Virus record (IMG/VR): IMGVR_UViG_3300022927_000033
Location: 1 to 49,315 of that record
Strand: one strand, 5' to 3'
From: a virus
Taxonomy: Duplodnaviria; Caudoviricetes
DNA length: 49,315 bases
Shown: in pieces, positions 6,894-17,330 of the stretch
Numbering within the stretch: position 1 is the stretch's first letter
Layout: every line of letters starts with the position of its first letter
The notes under the pieces: model-generated
The model's input: only the letters and a program-made list of their open reading frames with translations
Database searches by the model: none
What the model was told of the DNA's origin: nothing
Position numbers and translations under genes: made by a program

Positions 6894-9749
6894 ATGCTTA
6901 AAGAATTTTATCAAAAAGCCCTCCCAAATGAAGGTTATTTTTGTGTTGCTTATAACGTTCCAAATTCAAAGCCTTTTCCTCATGACTATGTCACAACCCT
7001 AGATGAAGCGCTTGATCTCATAGATAAATATAAAGAGAAAGGATTCAATGTATTTATTGCAATGAGTACTTTCAATATTGAAAAGCGAGAAGCCTCTGAA
7101 TCTAGGTACATTAAATCTTTTTATGTTGACTTAGATGTAGGCGAGAATAAAGAATACCAATCGCAAAAAGAAGCACTAACCGCTTTGATGGAGTTTATTA
7201 CTGAATGCAAATTACCTGTACCTGCTATCGTTAATAGTGGTGTAGGTATACATGCATATTGGTTCTTATCACAACAAATTACAAGAGAAGTATGGAAGCC
7301 ATTTGCAGAGCAGTTAAAAAAGCTATGCCTAACAAAAGGTTTAAAAATAGACCCTGCAATTACAGCAGACTCTGCTCGACTGCTACGTTGTCCTAACACT
7401 AAGAACTATAAACAGACACCTCCACGACCTACACTGATTATTAAAGACGCTCCAGTTTATGAGTTAGAAAAAATTAAAGGTGCGCTCGACCATGTAGAAA
7501 TTTCACTAGAAGATATTATGGCAAAAGTTCCTATGTCTTCTGATGATAAAGAGGCTAAGTTTGCAAACTTTGAGAATCGTTTTAAACCCTTACTTATAGA
7601 AAGTACAAAGGGGGGAGAACGCGGTTGCGCTCAAGTTAAATACTATATAGATAACGTTAAGAATTGTCCCGAGCCTATATGGTGGCGCGTGTTGTCATTA
7701 GCACAAAACTGTGCCGATCGGGATGAAGTTATTCATACAATATCTAAACCTTATAGTAAGTATGACTATAATGAAACAGAACAAAAAGCGTTAAGCACCG
7801 CAGGCAAACCACATACCTGTAAAGACTTTAACGAGCATAATCCTAATGTTTGTACAGACTGTCCGCATTGGGAAAGAATTACTACCCCCATTCAACTACA
7901 TAGATTTCCTATCAAAGCTCCCACATCTGATGATGACGAGTACGAAGTAAAATCAGTAGAGGGAGAGGTTATAGAAAAATCTACTAAAGTGGTTCACGGA
8001 CTACCTGCTTCGCTTGAAAAGCAGGGGTACTGGGTTGGAGGCAAAAACGGAGGCACGTTTAGGACTGTAACCATGACAGACAAAGGCGGGGCTACATTTA
8101 AAGAAGACTTAATCATTTATGAATATACATTAAAAGTAGTTCGGCATGTGCGTAGTTCAGCAGAGGGTAACTGTATTGTTGTAAAGGCTTGGCATCCTCA
8201 TGACGGCATGCAAGAATTTATATTGCCTATGACTACAGTCTATGAAAAATCGGATTTGAGAAAGGCTCTTACAAGCGAGGGCATTTACTATGAATCTGTA
8301 AAACAAGAGGAATTAATTATGAGATACTTTATTGACTACGCAAAAGATATGCAGAAGAGAAGTAAGTATGACGTTATGTATGACCAAATGGGTTGGAATT
8401 TAGATAAGTCTTCTTTTGTTGTAGGCACTACAGAAATTACAAAAGATGGGAAAGAGAAGCCTACTCCTATTTCGTCGATTGCTCAAGCCGTTGCACCTTT
8501 CTTGACTAAGAGTGGTACCTTTGAAGACTGGAAGATTGCGGCACAGAAACTCAATCAGCACGGCCTTGAAATGCACATGTTTACATTGTTGTGTGGCTTC
8601 GGGTCTATCTTGATGGATTACTCATCAACGACAGGCGTAGCTATCTCCTTGACTGGGGAATCCGGTGCAGCTAAGACAGGGGCATTGTACGGCGCTTTAA
8701 GTGTATGGGGCAAACCAAAAGATTTATCTGTTATGAATGCCACATCTAACGCGCTACAAGGTCGTTTCTTAACACTACACAATCTACCCTTTGGCTTTGA
8801 TGAAGTAGGTAATAAGAACCCATATTTATTGTCAGACTTTATTTTAGCTGTCTCACAAGGTAAAGCAAAACTTAAAATGCAGGCATCAACAAATGCCGAA
8901 CGCGATTATGAGGCGCCTTCATCTTTGATTGCTATCATGACATCAAATCATAGTATCTATGACAAACTTAAAACAATCCGTTCTAACCCTAATGGTGAAG
9001 CCGCTAGATTGATTGAGTTCCCTGTGCGTAAGCCTAAAGCATTTATGGACGACGCGAGACTAGGTAAAGAAATCTTTGATGAGTTCAACAGTCATTACGG
9101 TTGGGCAGGCCCTGAGTTTGTAAAAGCCGTGTTTAAGTTTGGTAAAGCAACTGAGATTAAAGAAAACCTAGCTAAGTGGGAAACACGTTTTGTTCAAGAC
9201 TTTGGTAATGATACAGCCTATCGATTCTATGAAAATCTTATGGCAGTGACTATGACTGCAGGCGAGATTGTAAACAACGCAGGCATCCTAAAGATTGATT
9301 TAGATCGCATCTATAAATTTATTATAGGCGAAATGATTACAATTAGAGACGAAGTTGTGAAGGTCAACGATGTAGATTACGAGTCAGTTCTACAAGATTA
9401 CCTTGATGCTAACTATGATAAGATTCTTGCCTTTAAAGATGAGAAGATTTTTTTAGAACCCTTCAGACAAATCAGCGTGCGTGTAGATCACGACAAAGAC
9501 GCCATGTTTATATCTAAAAAAGAGTTTGATGCATACTTAAGTGAACTACCTATCAGTACAAAAGAGTTTGTCTATCAAATGCAACAACAAGGAGTTGATA
9601 TCAAAGCCGGTAGTGGTGTTAAACAACGCATGAATGCAGGGTGGAAAGATGTGACTAAATCTGCAACCTCAGTTTATGCAATTAAACTCAGCACGCTAGG
9701 CGTGAAACTAAACACTCCAACGACGAATGAAATTGCACAAGGAAATTGA
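6894..9749 (+). CDS. Primase-helicase fusion (AEP/RepB-like primase, Cys-rich domain, DUF927-type helicase)
   Basis: FYVDLDVG and NSGVGIHAYW primase motifs; HTC...VCTDCPHW; Walker A GESGAAKT and Walker B FGFDEVG. Confidence 0.85.
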   Translation: MLKEFYQKALPNEGYFCVAYNVPNSKPFPHDYVTTLDEALDLIDKYKEKGFNVFIAMSTFNIEKREASESRYIKSFYVDLDVGENKEYQSQKEALTALMEFITECKLPVPAIVNSGVGIHAYWFLSQQITREVWKPFAEQLKKLCLTKGLKIDPAITADSARLLRCPNTKNYKQTPPRPTLIIKDAPVYELEKIKGALDHVEISLEDIMAKVPMSSDDKEAKFANFENRFKPLLIESTKGGERGCAQVKYYIDNVKNCPEPIWWRVLSLAQNCADRDEVIHTISKPYSKYDYNETEQKALSTAGKPHTCKDFNEHNPNVCTDCPHWERITTPIQLHRFPIKAPTSDDDEYEVKSVEGEVIEKSTKVVHGLPASLEKQGYWVGGKNGGTFRTVTMTDKGGATFKEDLIIYEYTLKVVRHVRSSAEGNCIVVKAWHPHDGMQEFILPMTTVYEKSDLRKALTSEGIYYESVKQEELIMRYFIDYAKDMQKRSKYDVMYDQMGWNLDKSSFVVGTTEITKDGKEKPTPISSIAQAVAPFLTKSGTFEDWKIAAQKLNQHGLEMHMFTLLCGFGSILMDYSSTTGVAISLTGESGAAKTGALYGALSVWGKPKDLSVMNATSNALQGRFLTLHNLPFGFDEVGNKNPYLLSDFILAVSQGKAKLKMQASTNAERDYEAPSSLIAIMTSNHSIYDKLKTIRSNPNGEAARLIEFPVRKPKAFMDDARLGKEIFDEFNSHYGWAGPEFVKAVFKFGKATEIKENLAKWETRFVQDFGNDTAYRFYENLMAVTMTAGEIVNNAGILKIDLDRIYKFIIGEMITIRDEVVKVNDVDYESVLQDYLDANYDKILAFKDEKIFLEPFRQISVRVDHDKDAMFISKKEFDAYLSELPISTKEFVYQMQQQGVDIKAGSGVKQRMNAGWKDVTKSATSVYAIKLSTLGVKLNTPTTNEIAQGN

Positions 9750-9927
9750 GTGGTTGTTCCCGTTTGATTCAATGCAAGTAGGGGACAGCTTTTTCATTCC
9801 GTCTATACAGACAGGCCCGTTAATATTTTCTCTCGAACGTGGGGCTAAGAAGGCAGGCGTTCGAGTTAAAACACAAGTAGTCGTAGAAGATAAATTGATG
9901 GGCGTTAGAACGTGGCGTGTGGATTAA
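9727..9927 (+). CDS. Small phage protein, putative DNA-binding
   Basis: FPFDSMQVGDSFFIP...GVRTWRV is a pattern common in phage small proteins. Confidence 0.7.
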   Translation: MKLHKEIEWLFPFDSMQVGDSFFIPSIQTGPLIFSLERGAKKAGVRVKTQVVVEDKLMGVRTWRVD

Positions 9928-12900
9928 CTACCGTATTCTCTCTTAATAACATCAGCGGTACGCTTAGATAAAGTGATACCGTTGGTGCTTTCTTCAATAG
10001 ACCGTAGACGTTCTCTAAATGAACGAGTTAATGTATCACTTGTAATTGGATTAGACCTACCTAATGTGCTTTTATTAAAGTCAGCTATTTTACCGTCAAT
10101 TTCTCGAAGCATCTCCATATCACCATTATTTCTAGCTAAGAAATGAGATGTGAGCAATCCTGAACGGCGTGCATTAAATGACCTCTCTGCCGCTTTCATG
10201 GATTGATTGCGTGCATACTGTAATGATAAGTCTTCATTGGTAAAGCCGAATACTTGTAGGAAAGCATCGAGTCCATTAAGTTCTGTCAGCTCTGCGCCTT
10301 TTCTTGTAAGTGCTCCCTCTGTGCCATAACGAAAGGCTTTCATAGGATTACGTAGGAACGCAGGCATCATTTGTTCTAGACCGCGATACATGTTGCCGTT
10401 GCTCATATCACCTAGACCTCGGTTAACACTTAAGAAGTATGAGAATGATGGACCTAATGTTTGTTCTGCAGCGTATTGTAATACACCTACTTCAGATACA
10501 CGACGTGGGTCTTCACGCCATATTAAGTTAGCAAAGCCGGTTCTAGACGCAATGTCTAGGTTAAGTAGTTTATTAAGTGGACCACGATATCCTATATCAC
10601 CGAAGATTTCTCGAGTAGATTCTTCAAAGTCAAAGGGCTCATCATCATCTCCTAGTAAAGCATAGAGTGATTCTGCTACAACTTGTGTGGCACCATATAA
10701 AGGCACGCCTTGCAGCCCTGAAAATGTAAATGCAGCACCATAGATACCTAGTATTTGTTTACGAGCCATGTTACGTACTTCTTTAGTTTCACCTTTATAA
10801 GCATCATACATACCTTTAATTAGTAGATGCATCATAGCGTGGCCGTAGCGTTTAAAGGTAAACATCACTTTACCAAAACCTGTTTGGAAATATCTAGGGC
10901 CTACTTCGGGTAGCGCAGTACCATGAGAGCGTCGAGTTAGGTCTCGCGCATAAGCTTCCGCATTTACAAAACTGTCCCCTTTTTCTTTAGCAGCTAGGTA
11001 GCCTGCTAAGTAAGTTACTTCACGGTTCATACGTTCTGTATTCTGGAACATCCAACCCATCAACGCGTCAAACTTAGCTTTCATACCTATAAAGTCTTTA
11101 GCGTTTGTTTTACGCATTTCAGTTAATTCATAACCTACGCCACGTCTAAATACAGTATTGCGTATACCTTGTTCATAGAGTTGTTTAATATCGGCTGGTA
11201 GAGCCTCATTAAGTCTGCCGTTCTTCATACCAAAAGAATGGTCGGGTAAGAAGCCTCGGTTACTATCTTTACCCCCGCCAAAGTAATACCTAAATGCTTC
11301 GCCTATAGCTTTGTTTGCAGAAGTAAATCCGTATTTAGCAACAAGAGCAGGATAAACAACAATAGCTAACTGCGATGCGTTAACAACGGCTGAAGACACG
11401 TTACCAGCAATGGTTGTCATGTAGCTTAAATAAGCGAAGCGTGATGATATAGGTCCTGCTACAGGGTTATGGAAAAAGCTTCGAGCCGCAGGCCCTGAGA
11501 TTTCTTCTACTGCATAAGCAAGCGATTCATCTAGCCTGGTCTTCTTCTCAACAGTCATTGTAGTGTCAGCTAAAGTAGCTTCTCTAGCAACTTTGCGTTC
11601 CGCTTTAATGTCATTGATGGTTTCGTCAATTTGTGGAATATAATCTAAGTTAGCAATCTGTGTAGCCATCCTAGCACCTAAATCAATGAAGCCTCCTACA
11701 AGGTCTTGAATCTCACCTTTAGTACCTATTCTTTTACGAGTCTGTTGTTTAATAGATTGAGCAGGCAATAAATCTAAGAATATCTGTCTAACTTGTTCAA
11801 CTGTTTTAGGGTCAACTTTTTGCTCGTTGGTTGTAGCATCTTTTTTACTTAACACTGCAAGTACTTTATCCATTACTTGAACAGCACCTACAGTCATATC
11901 ACCGCGCTGAGATACGGGGTCTACACCGCCAGTCAAGAACTCTAAAGTATCATTAGCTTCTAACTCTCGTAGGGCGCGTAGATATTCATTTTTAGTTTCA
12001 AAACGTTTAACTGTTTTTAATTGGTTGAAAGCACGTTCAGCTTCAGCTAATGCTTTTTCGTCTGTCAGATTTTCAACTTCCGCTTCAAAGTTTTGTAAGT
12101 CCGCTTTTGAAATATACTCAAGACGATAATCACCTTGTCGTCTAAATGGGTGATAAAATTTGAGGCGGTTATTTTGAAACTCTTGGATAACAATGTTGGA
12201 CTGTGCTTGTGCGGCAGGGTCAGTTCCTACGTTTTTAACGAATGCTTTAATAAGGTTATCACCATACTGTTCATATTTTGTAGTGTACGCAATAGCTAAA
12301 CCTTGTAGTTCTGCAGGCAAGCGCCTAAATTGCTCAACAAGAGGCTCGGCTTGATTTACATCGCTTAGATTTCGAGGGTCAATGTTTTGTCTTGATAGTT
12401 CATAGACGACTGTTTCCCAATCTTGTAATTGCTTATCAGTGTATTTAACTTTAGTAGTCTGGTCATTCATAGCAACACTACCGTCTTTATTTAGAGCAAG
12501 CTTCACTTCTTTTGCATTATATTTCAAAAGCTTACGTTCTTTGCCTTGAATGATGTCCATACCTAAATTACCAAGTACATCGACTTCAGCACGTGTGGTT
12601 TCAACACTAGCCGCACGCTGTTCAAGCACATCAATTAGTTTTTGAATACTAGGTAAGTACTTACCATATAAGTCTGCCATTGCCTGTAGACCTAGTACAC
12701 CCATCCATGTTTCTCTTACTTTTGTGGGTAACTGTAAGATTTTATCCCACACGCCTTGAATATAATCTTTAGTAGGCAGAGGCATTTTTTTAATGGTGTC
12801 ATCAGCAAAGCCAAAGTTCTTAGAGTATTGTGTAGGTTGATATCCGCCCGGAGGATTATTTTTAGAGAACTGAAGGTCAGTATTTTTAGTCATTGTTTCA

Positions 12901-15833
12901 AGTAAAAGTCTATTGTTTCTACTTGTTGGAACCATTGTACTGCTGTGTAGAATAACTACTTCGTTATCCCCCTGTCCTTCCATTAAAATACTATCTATGA
13001 CAGGGCGCACTAATTTATTATCATTACTTTTAATAACTACAGGTATTTCTTCAATGCCTGCATTGATAGCCATAACAGCACGATGACGCCCTTCATGAGA
13101 TCTAACGGTTACTGTCCTAGGCACAAAGTCTACAACTTTTGCATAGCCTGTCATAAAACGTTTTTCTACGTTATCTTCGGGTGTAGGAGGGCGCGTATCA
13201 AAATCAGTTACTAAAAGTTCAGATACTTCCATATATTTTGGATCAAACTTACCTTCAGACTCTAATGGTTCGACTGATCCTACACCTTGAGCTACTTGTT
13301 TTTTCAAAGCTTTTATGTGATCCAAACTAGCAGTTAATTTTAAAAAGTCTTCTGGGGCCATGTAAGTTAGCCATCCTGAACTTAAATTGTAATCTGCGCT
13401 GTTTCCATAATCAGCAAGAATCTTATCTAAAGTTTCGTCTTTAATGCCAAGCTTGGTGTTTATTTCTCGCCTGCTTTGTTTGACATCAGCTGATACCTGT
13501 TCTCTGCCTGTGGTCTCTTTGAGAGAAGCACGTAGAGAGTTTAGAATCATGTCTTGAATATCTATATCACTAAATCTATTGACGTCGTAAAGACCGAGTC
13601 TACGCAAGAAGTTTTTGACCGCACCAATGAGTCGACGCATAATTGTATTGTTAGGAGCCTGCTCACCTAGTTTAGCTACGACTTCTTGTAGGAAGGGTTT
13701 GCTTCCAGGTGTAAGTTCAGGATACAACGCCTCTACTTCATCATAGATTTCTTTGACTTGTTTGTTAGTATTCTTAAGTGACTTGGCTCTGTTAAGAAGG
13801 GCCTTGTAGTCTTTGCCTACCATCTTCTCTAGACCATAGTGCTCTCCTACTTCATGGAGTAAGACACGTCTAGCTTGACCTTCAGGAACACGATTAGCTA
13901 CAATGTATGAGGTCTGTGTACTAGGGTCAAAAGCACCATTAGCAGTCTCTGACATCTTGACAGTATCGGGTAGTTCTTCAACGCTGTTTACAATTTGTAA
14001 GCGTCCTCGCTCTTGCATTCTACCTACGTTAGGTCCAAATTCTTGTGTAAGTTCATTACTCACCGATTCACTTGTATTGCCCGTATCGACGGGGGCTACA
14101 CGAGCCTCTTGTGTGCCTAGAGACGCACCGGTAGTTTCAATGCCTTCAGCGTCTTTGTATTTTTCTGACATCTTGTCAGCAATTTTATTTTTAGCATGAG
14201 TAGCCTCGACCTGATCAACAACCTCTTGGTTAAGCATGTTTGCTTCTTTAGCCATGCTCACAATGTCTTTGGATGCTGTATTTAAGTCTTTGAAGGGTAT
14301 GTCAGACATAGCCGCCCATGTCTCTTCTGCAGTTTCTTCAAGAGCAACAGGGGCTTGTTCTTTGGGTTCTTTTTTAGCTAGTGCTTCAAGTTGTTGTGGG
14401 AGTTCTTTATCTTGTTTAATTAATCCCTTAATTTTTTTAATGGAGTCTTTACCTGCTTCAGTGCTAGGATCAAGTAAGTCTTGTTCCGCCGCTATGTCAA
14501 CAACATCTTTAGTAGTCCCAGATAAAGTATCGTAGGGTGTGTCGGTCTTAAGGTTATCCCATAATTGTTGAGCAGTTAGTGGAGCAGGGCTAACTCCCTC
14601 TCCTCCTGTAGGTTCTGGTACATCAACAGTATCAGGTCCCAATCGTTCTCCGACAGGTTCTCTAACTCCTTCGGTAGTGTCGTCGATGGGCTCGACAGGT
14701 ACTGGAGTGCTAACTCTAGGAGCCTCGACTCCGACAGCCTCTTGATCGCTTTTGGGTTTGGTAACATCAAGTTCTCCTTGTGGTTGAGTTTCTAGTTCTT
14801 CTACTATATCATCAGTAGCAGGTGGAGGTGTAGTTGTTTCTTCTTGAGGAGGCTCTGCAGGTTTTTCAACACTAGGTCGAGTAAATGGTGCAGCAGCACC
14901 ACCAAGGAAGCCGCCTGCAATAGCACCTCGAACAGATGATTCCATGATACGATCCCAATCTTCACTCTGGAAGATTTGTGGATTATTGCCAACAAAGTTT
15001 TCTGCACTAATACTAATTGCTTCTTGCGCACCTTCTGTCAAACCTTCTGCGCCTACAGCTTTGAGTCCTTCTTTAAATACAACGTTTGCAAGACCAGGAC
15101 GCATACCTGATTGTTTTACAACGGCTTTACCAATCGCTGCTTTTTGAGTAGGTGTGATTTTTTTTAATACTGCCGCAGGTAAAATAGCATCAAGTGAAGC
15201 GGCAGCCGCACCAAAGATAAGTGCCGCCCCTGTAGCTAGTTCGCCGGTTTCTTGGTAAACATTTTGAAATACTTCTGGAGCATTAAGAGAGTATGAGCCT
15301 AAATAAACACCAATACCTTGACCTACGGCTTGGCGATTAGCGAGTGCTGACGCCGCTATTTTTCCAGCGCCTACCTTTGCAAGTTGTCCCCCTACGCCAC
15401 CGGGCACAAGTGTTGTTGCAATGTTTGGAATTTGTTCAGCAACGGTCTCTGTCGCAAATTTAAGGGCTTCAATAGGACCGCTGACTTCTTTAAATGATTC
15501 AAACTGCGGTCTATATTTTTCTCGAATGATTTGTTCTGAGGTTTCAGCTTCTTTGAGTTGCTCTTCAGCATATTCATCAAAGCCTAAAGAACTTGCAATC
15601 ATAGCGGGGATAACGTCCCCAAAAGTAGAAGCTACTCGTTTTTTACCACGACTAAAGGCTTTGCTTGCAGTTTCGCCAAACCCATAATCAGGTCTAGTTT
15701 CTTCAGGAACAGGACGTGCAGATTGTGCCGCAATTTGTTCTACGGCTTGAGCAAGTTCTTCAGCAGTAGCCCCTTCTGGTCCAACGAGTCTTACCGTCTG
15801 ACCATCGGGTAAAGGTACGTTATAAATAGGCAT
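9924..15833 (-). CDS. Large polyvalent internal virion / DNA-ejection protein, 1969 aa
   Basis: Last and largest late gene. Contains an HExxH-like metallopeptidase motif (LLHEVGEHYG), a ParB-like SHEGRHRA motif and a long helical C-terminus. Confidence 0.7.
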   Translation of the reverse strand: MPIYNVPLPDGQTVRLVGPEGATAEELAQAVEQIAAQSARPVPEETRPDYGFGETASKAFSRGKKRVASTFGDVIPAMIASSLGFDEYAEEQLKEAETSEQIIREKYRPQFESFKEVSGPIEALKFATETVAEQIPNIATTLVPGGVGGQLAKVGAGKIAASALANRQAVGQGIGVYLGSYSLNAPEVFQNVYQETGELATGAALIFGAAAASLDAILPAAVLKKITPTQKAAIGKAVVKQSGMRPGLANVVFKEGLKAVGAEGLTEGAQEAISISAENFVGNNPQIFQSEDWDRIMESSVRGAIAGGFLGGAAAPFTRPSVEKPAEPPQEETTTPPPATDDIVEELETQPQGELDVTKPKSDQEAVGVEAPRVSTPVPVEPIDDTTEGVREPVGERLGPDTVDVPEPTGGEGVSPAPLTAQQLWDNLKTDTPYDTLSGTTKDVVDIAAEQDLLDPSTEAGKDSIKKIKGLIKQDKELPQQLEALAKKEPKEQAPVALEETAEETWAAMSDIPFKDLNTASKDIVSMAKEANMLNQEVVDQVEATHAKNKIADKMSEKYKDAEGIETTGASLGTQEARVAPVDTGNTSESVSNELTQEFGPNVGRMQERGRLQIVNSVEELPDTVKMSETANGAFDPSTQTSYIVANRVPEGQARRVLLHEVGEHYGLEKMVGKDYKALLNRAKSLKNTNKQVKEIYDEVEALYPELTPGSKPFLQEVVAKLGEQAPNNTIMRRLIGAVKNFLRRLGLYDVNRFSDIDIQDMILNSLRASLKETTGREQVSADVKQSRREINTKLGIKDETLDKILADYGNSADYNLSSGWLTYMAPEDFLKLTASLDHIKALKKQVAQGVGSVEPLESEGKFDPKYMEVSELLVTDFDTRPPTPEDNVEKRFMTGYAKVVDFVPRTVTVRSHEGRHRAVMAINAGIEEIPVVIKSNDNKLVRPVIDSILMEGQGDNEVVILHSSTMVPTSRNNRLLLETMTKNTDLQFSKNNPPGGYQPTQYSKNFGFADDTIKKMPLPTKDYIQGVWDKILQLPTKVRETWMGVLGLQAMADLYGKYLPSIQKLIDVLEQRAASVETTRAEVDVLGNLGMDIIQGKERKLLKYNAKEVKLALNKDGSVAMNDQTTKVKYTDKQLQDWETVVYELSRQNIDPRNLSDVNQAEPLVEQFRRLPAELQGLAIAYTTKYEQYGDNLIKAFVKNVGTDPAAQAQSNIVIQEFQNNRLKFYHPFRRQGDYRLEYISKADLQNFEAEVENLTDEKALAEAERAFNQLKTVKRFETKNEYLRALRELEANDTLEFLTGGVDPVSQRGDMTVGAVQVMDKVLAVLSKKDATTNEQKVDPKTVEQVRQIFLDLLPAQSIKQQTRKRIGTKGEIQDLVGGFIDLGARMATQIANLDYIPQIDETINDIKAERKVAREATLADTTMTVEKKTRLDESLAYAVEEISGPAARSFFHNPVAGPISSRFAYLSYMTTIAGNVSSAVVNASQLAIVVYPALVAKYGFTSANKAIGEAFRYYFGGGKDSNRGFLPDHSFGMKNGRLNEALPADIKQLYEQGIRNTVFRRGVGYELTEMRKTNAKDFIGMKAKFDALMGWMFQNTERMNREVTYLAGYLAAKEKGDSFVNAEAYARDLTRRSHGTALPEVGPRYFQTGFGKVMFTFKRYGHAMMHLLIKGMYDAYKGETKEVRNMARKQILGIYGAAFTFSGLQGVPLYGATQVVAESLYALLGDDDEPFDFEESTREIFGDIGYRGPLNKLLNLDIASRTGFANLIWREDPRRVSEVGVLQYAAEQTLGPSFSYFLSVNRGLGDMSNGNMYRGLEQMMPAFLRNPMKAFRYGTEGALTRKGAELTELNGLDAFLQVFGFTNEDLSLQYARNQSMKAAERSFNARRSGLLTSHFLARNNGDMEMLREIDGKIADFNKSTLGRSNPITSDTLTRSFRERLRSIEESTNGITLSKRTADVIKREYGS

Positions 15834-15842
15834 CGTTCGCCC

Positions 15843-17327
15843 CTATATTTGAGTAAATTGTCTATTACCTACAGTTGCTGAGTTGCTAAGAGGCGCGACA
15901 AGGACTCTAGTAATATATTCGTTAAGTGTTTTGTCCATCTCTTCTTGACTCATATCTTCATCATCAACTTTTATTTGAAGGTCTCGTTTGAGATCTTGAT
16001 AGTCCTGAGAATCTAATAGATCAATTATCTGTTTACGATATTCATCTTGAGCGTCTTGGGCCATTTTGAGATATTCAAAGTCAAGGTCTGCGCCTGCTTT
16101 AGAAAGTTCAGCTTCTCTGTCAGCTCTTGCAATATCAAATGCGCTCATCGTAGACACACCAGTCTCTAAACCTGCACCAACATTTTGTAATCCATAAGGT
16201 GATTCGCCTTGCATTGTTTTAGCGCCACCAAGAGCTAAGGCTAGGAACAACTCTTTTTGTTTTTGTTTGTCTTTTTTAGCTTGAAGGTCGTCAAGATAAG
16301 CTTGTTGTTTAGCAATATATTCTTTTCGTTCTCTATCTGCTCTAGCCTGTTCAAGTTCTGCTTTAGTTGTTTTTTCAAGGTCCTGTCGTGCTCTTTCTGC
16401 CGCAGCTTCTTGAGCTGAGTTATACATTGCAAGGCCGCCTATACCTACAAGACCTGTGGTTAATGGGTTAGCTCCAGCGCCTCTATATAATGCTCCTGCG
16501 CCTTTGCCACCATATTTTATACCTGCAGCCAATCCGGAAGTTAGAAGGTCATCAATCTTACCTTGGCTTGGAGCTACGGGCTGTTGTTTTTTAGGGCGTC
16601 CGGGTCCTTTTTTAGGTGCAGCTTTAGGTTGTTTTTTAAAACTCTGTAAGATTTGTGGTATTCTTGCAACTTTTTTAGCGCCTGGAATTTTTCCTAAAAT
16701 AGACTTAATACCTTGCTGTCCTTTTTTAGTTGATGCAGTCGCGCCAACAACACCTGCACCTAATAAAGCTTTATCCTCATTAGATAAACCCTCTTCCTCG
16801 TTTGCAGCTGCTTGTTCTGCTATTATAGTCGCGAACTCTTCGTCGTCATACAATTCTGCCGCGCCTGCCTCGTTAGGAGTAAGAGCTAAACCAGGAATTC
16901 CAAATGCTTTTAGTAGTAAACCTTCGAGGGCAAGGTCTCCCCCTATGTCTGCAATATCACTTTGCTGGCCTTGGACAGGTCCACCGCCCTCAGCAAAAGA
17001 CACAATACCACCACCTGCGTAGTTTTGTCCTACATTAGGTGCAGGCAGATTAGCCACACCCGATTGTTCAGGAGGTACAGGCATAGGCGCCATAGCTTGA
17101 GGAGCCATTTGACCTAACGCTTGTTGAGGTGACGACTCTTGTACTAACTGTTCAGTGACAGTATTATTAGGCATTTGAGCCGCAGCTTCAGCTTCCATCT
17201 TTTGCCGACGGCCAAGTTCACCTGCTAATAAGTATGTTGGGACAGCGCCTGTAGGGTTCTGGAGGTTTTGAACAATAACCTCAGTAGGCATTCCTTTAAG
17301 TCGATCTTGAAGTTGTATAATATTCAT
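15843..17327 (-). CDS. Putative internal virion / ejection protein
   Basis: A/G/Q-rich with coiled coils and YAGGG/FAEGG motifs; position in the ejection-protein cluster. Confidence 0.6.
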   Translation of the reverse strand: MNIIQLQDRLKGMPTEVIVQNLQNPTGAVPTYLLAGELGRRQKMEAEAAAQMPNNTVTEQLVQESSPQQALGQMAPQAMAPMPVPPEQSGVANLPAPNVGQNYAGGGIVSFAEGGGPVQGQQSDIADIGGDLALEGLLLKAFGIPGLALTPNEAGAAELYDDEEFATIIAEQAAANEEEGLSNEDKALLGAGVVGATASTKKGQQGIKSILGKIPGAKKVARIPQILQSFKKQPKAAPKKGPGRPKKQQPVAPSQGKIDDLLTSGLAAGIKYGGKGAGALYRGAGANPLTTGLVGIGGLAMYNSAQEAAAERARQDLEKTTKAELEQARADRERKEYIAKQQAYLDDLQAKKDKQKQKELFLALALGGAKTMQGESPYGLQNVGAGLETGVSTMSAFDIARADREAELSKAGADLDFEYLKMAQDAQDEYRKQIIDLLDSQDYQDLKRDLQIKVDDEDMSQEEMDKTLNEYITRVLVAPLSNSATVGNRQFTQI

Positions 17328-17330
17328 ATG

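Noticed and set aside
3399-7399. Minus-strand ORFs 3399-3719, 5851-6144, 6598-6804 and 7121-7399
   Set aside because: Antisense shadows of the replication genes with no independent support.
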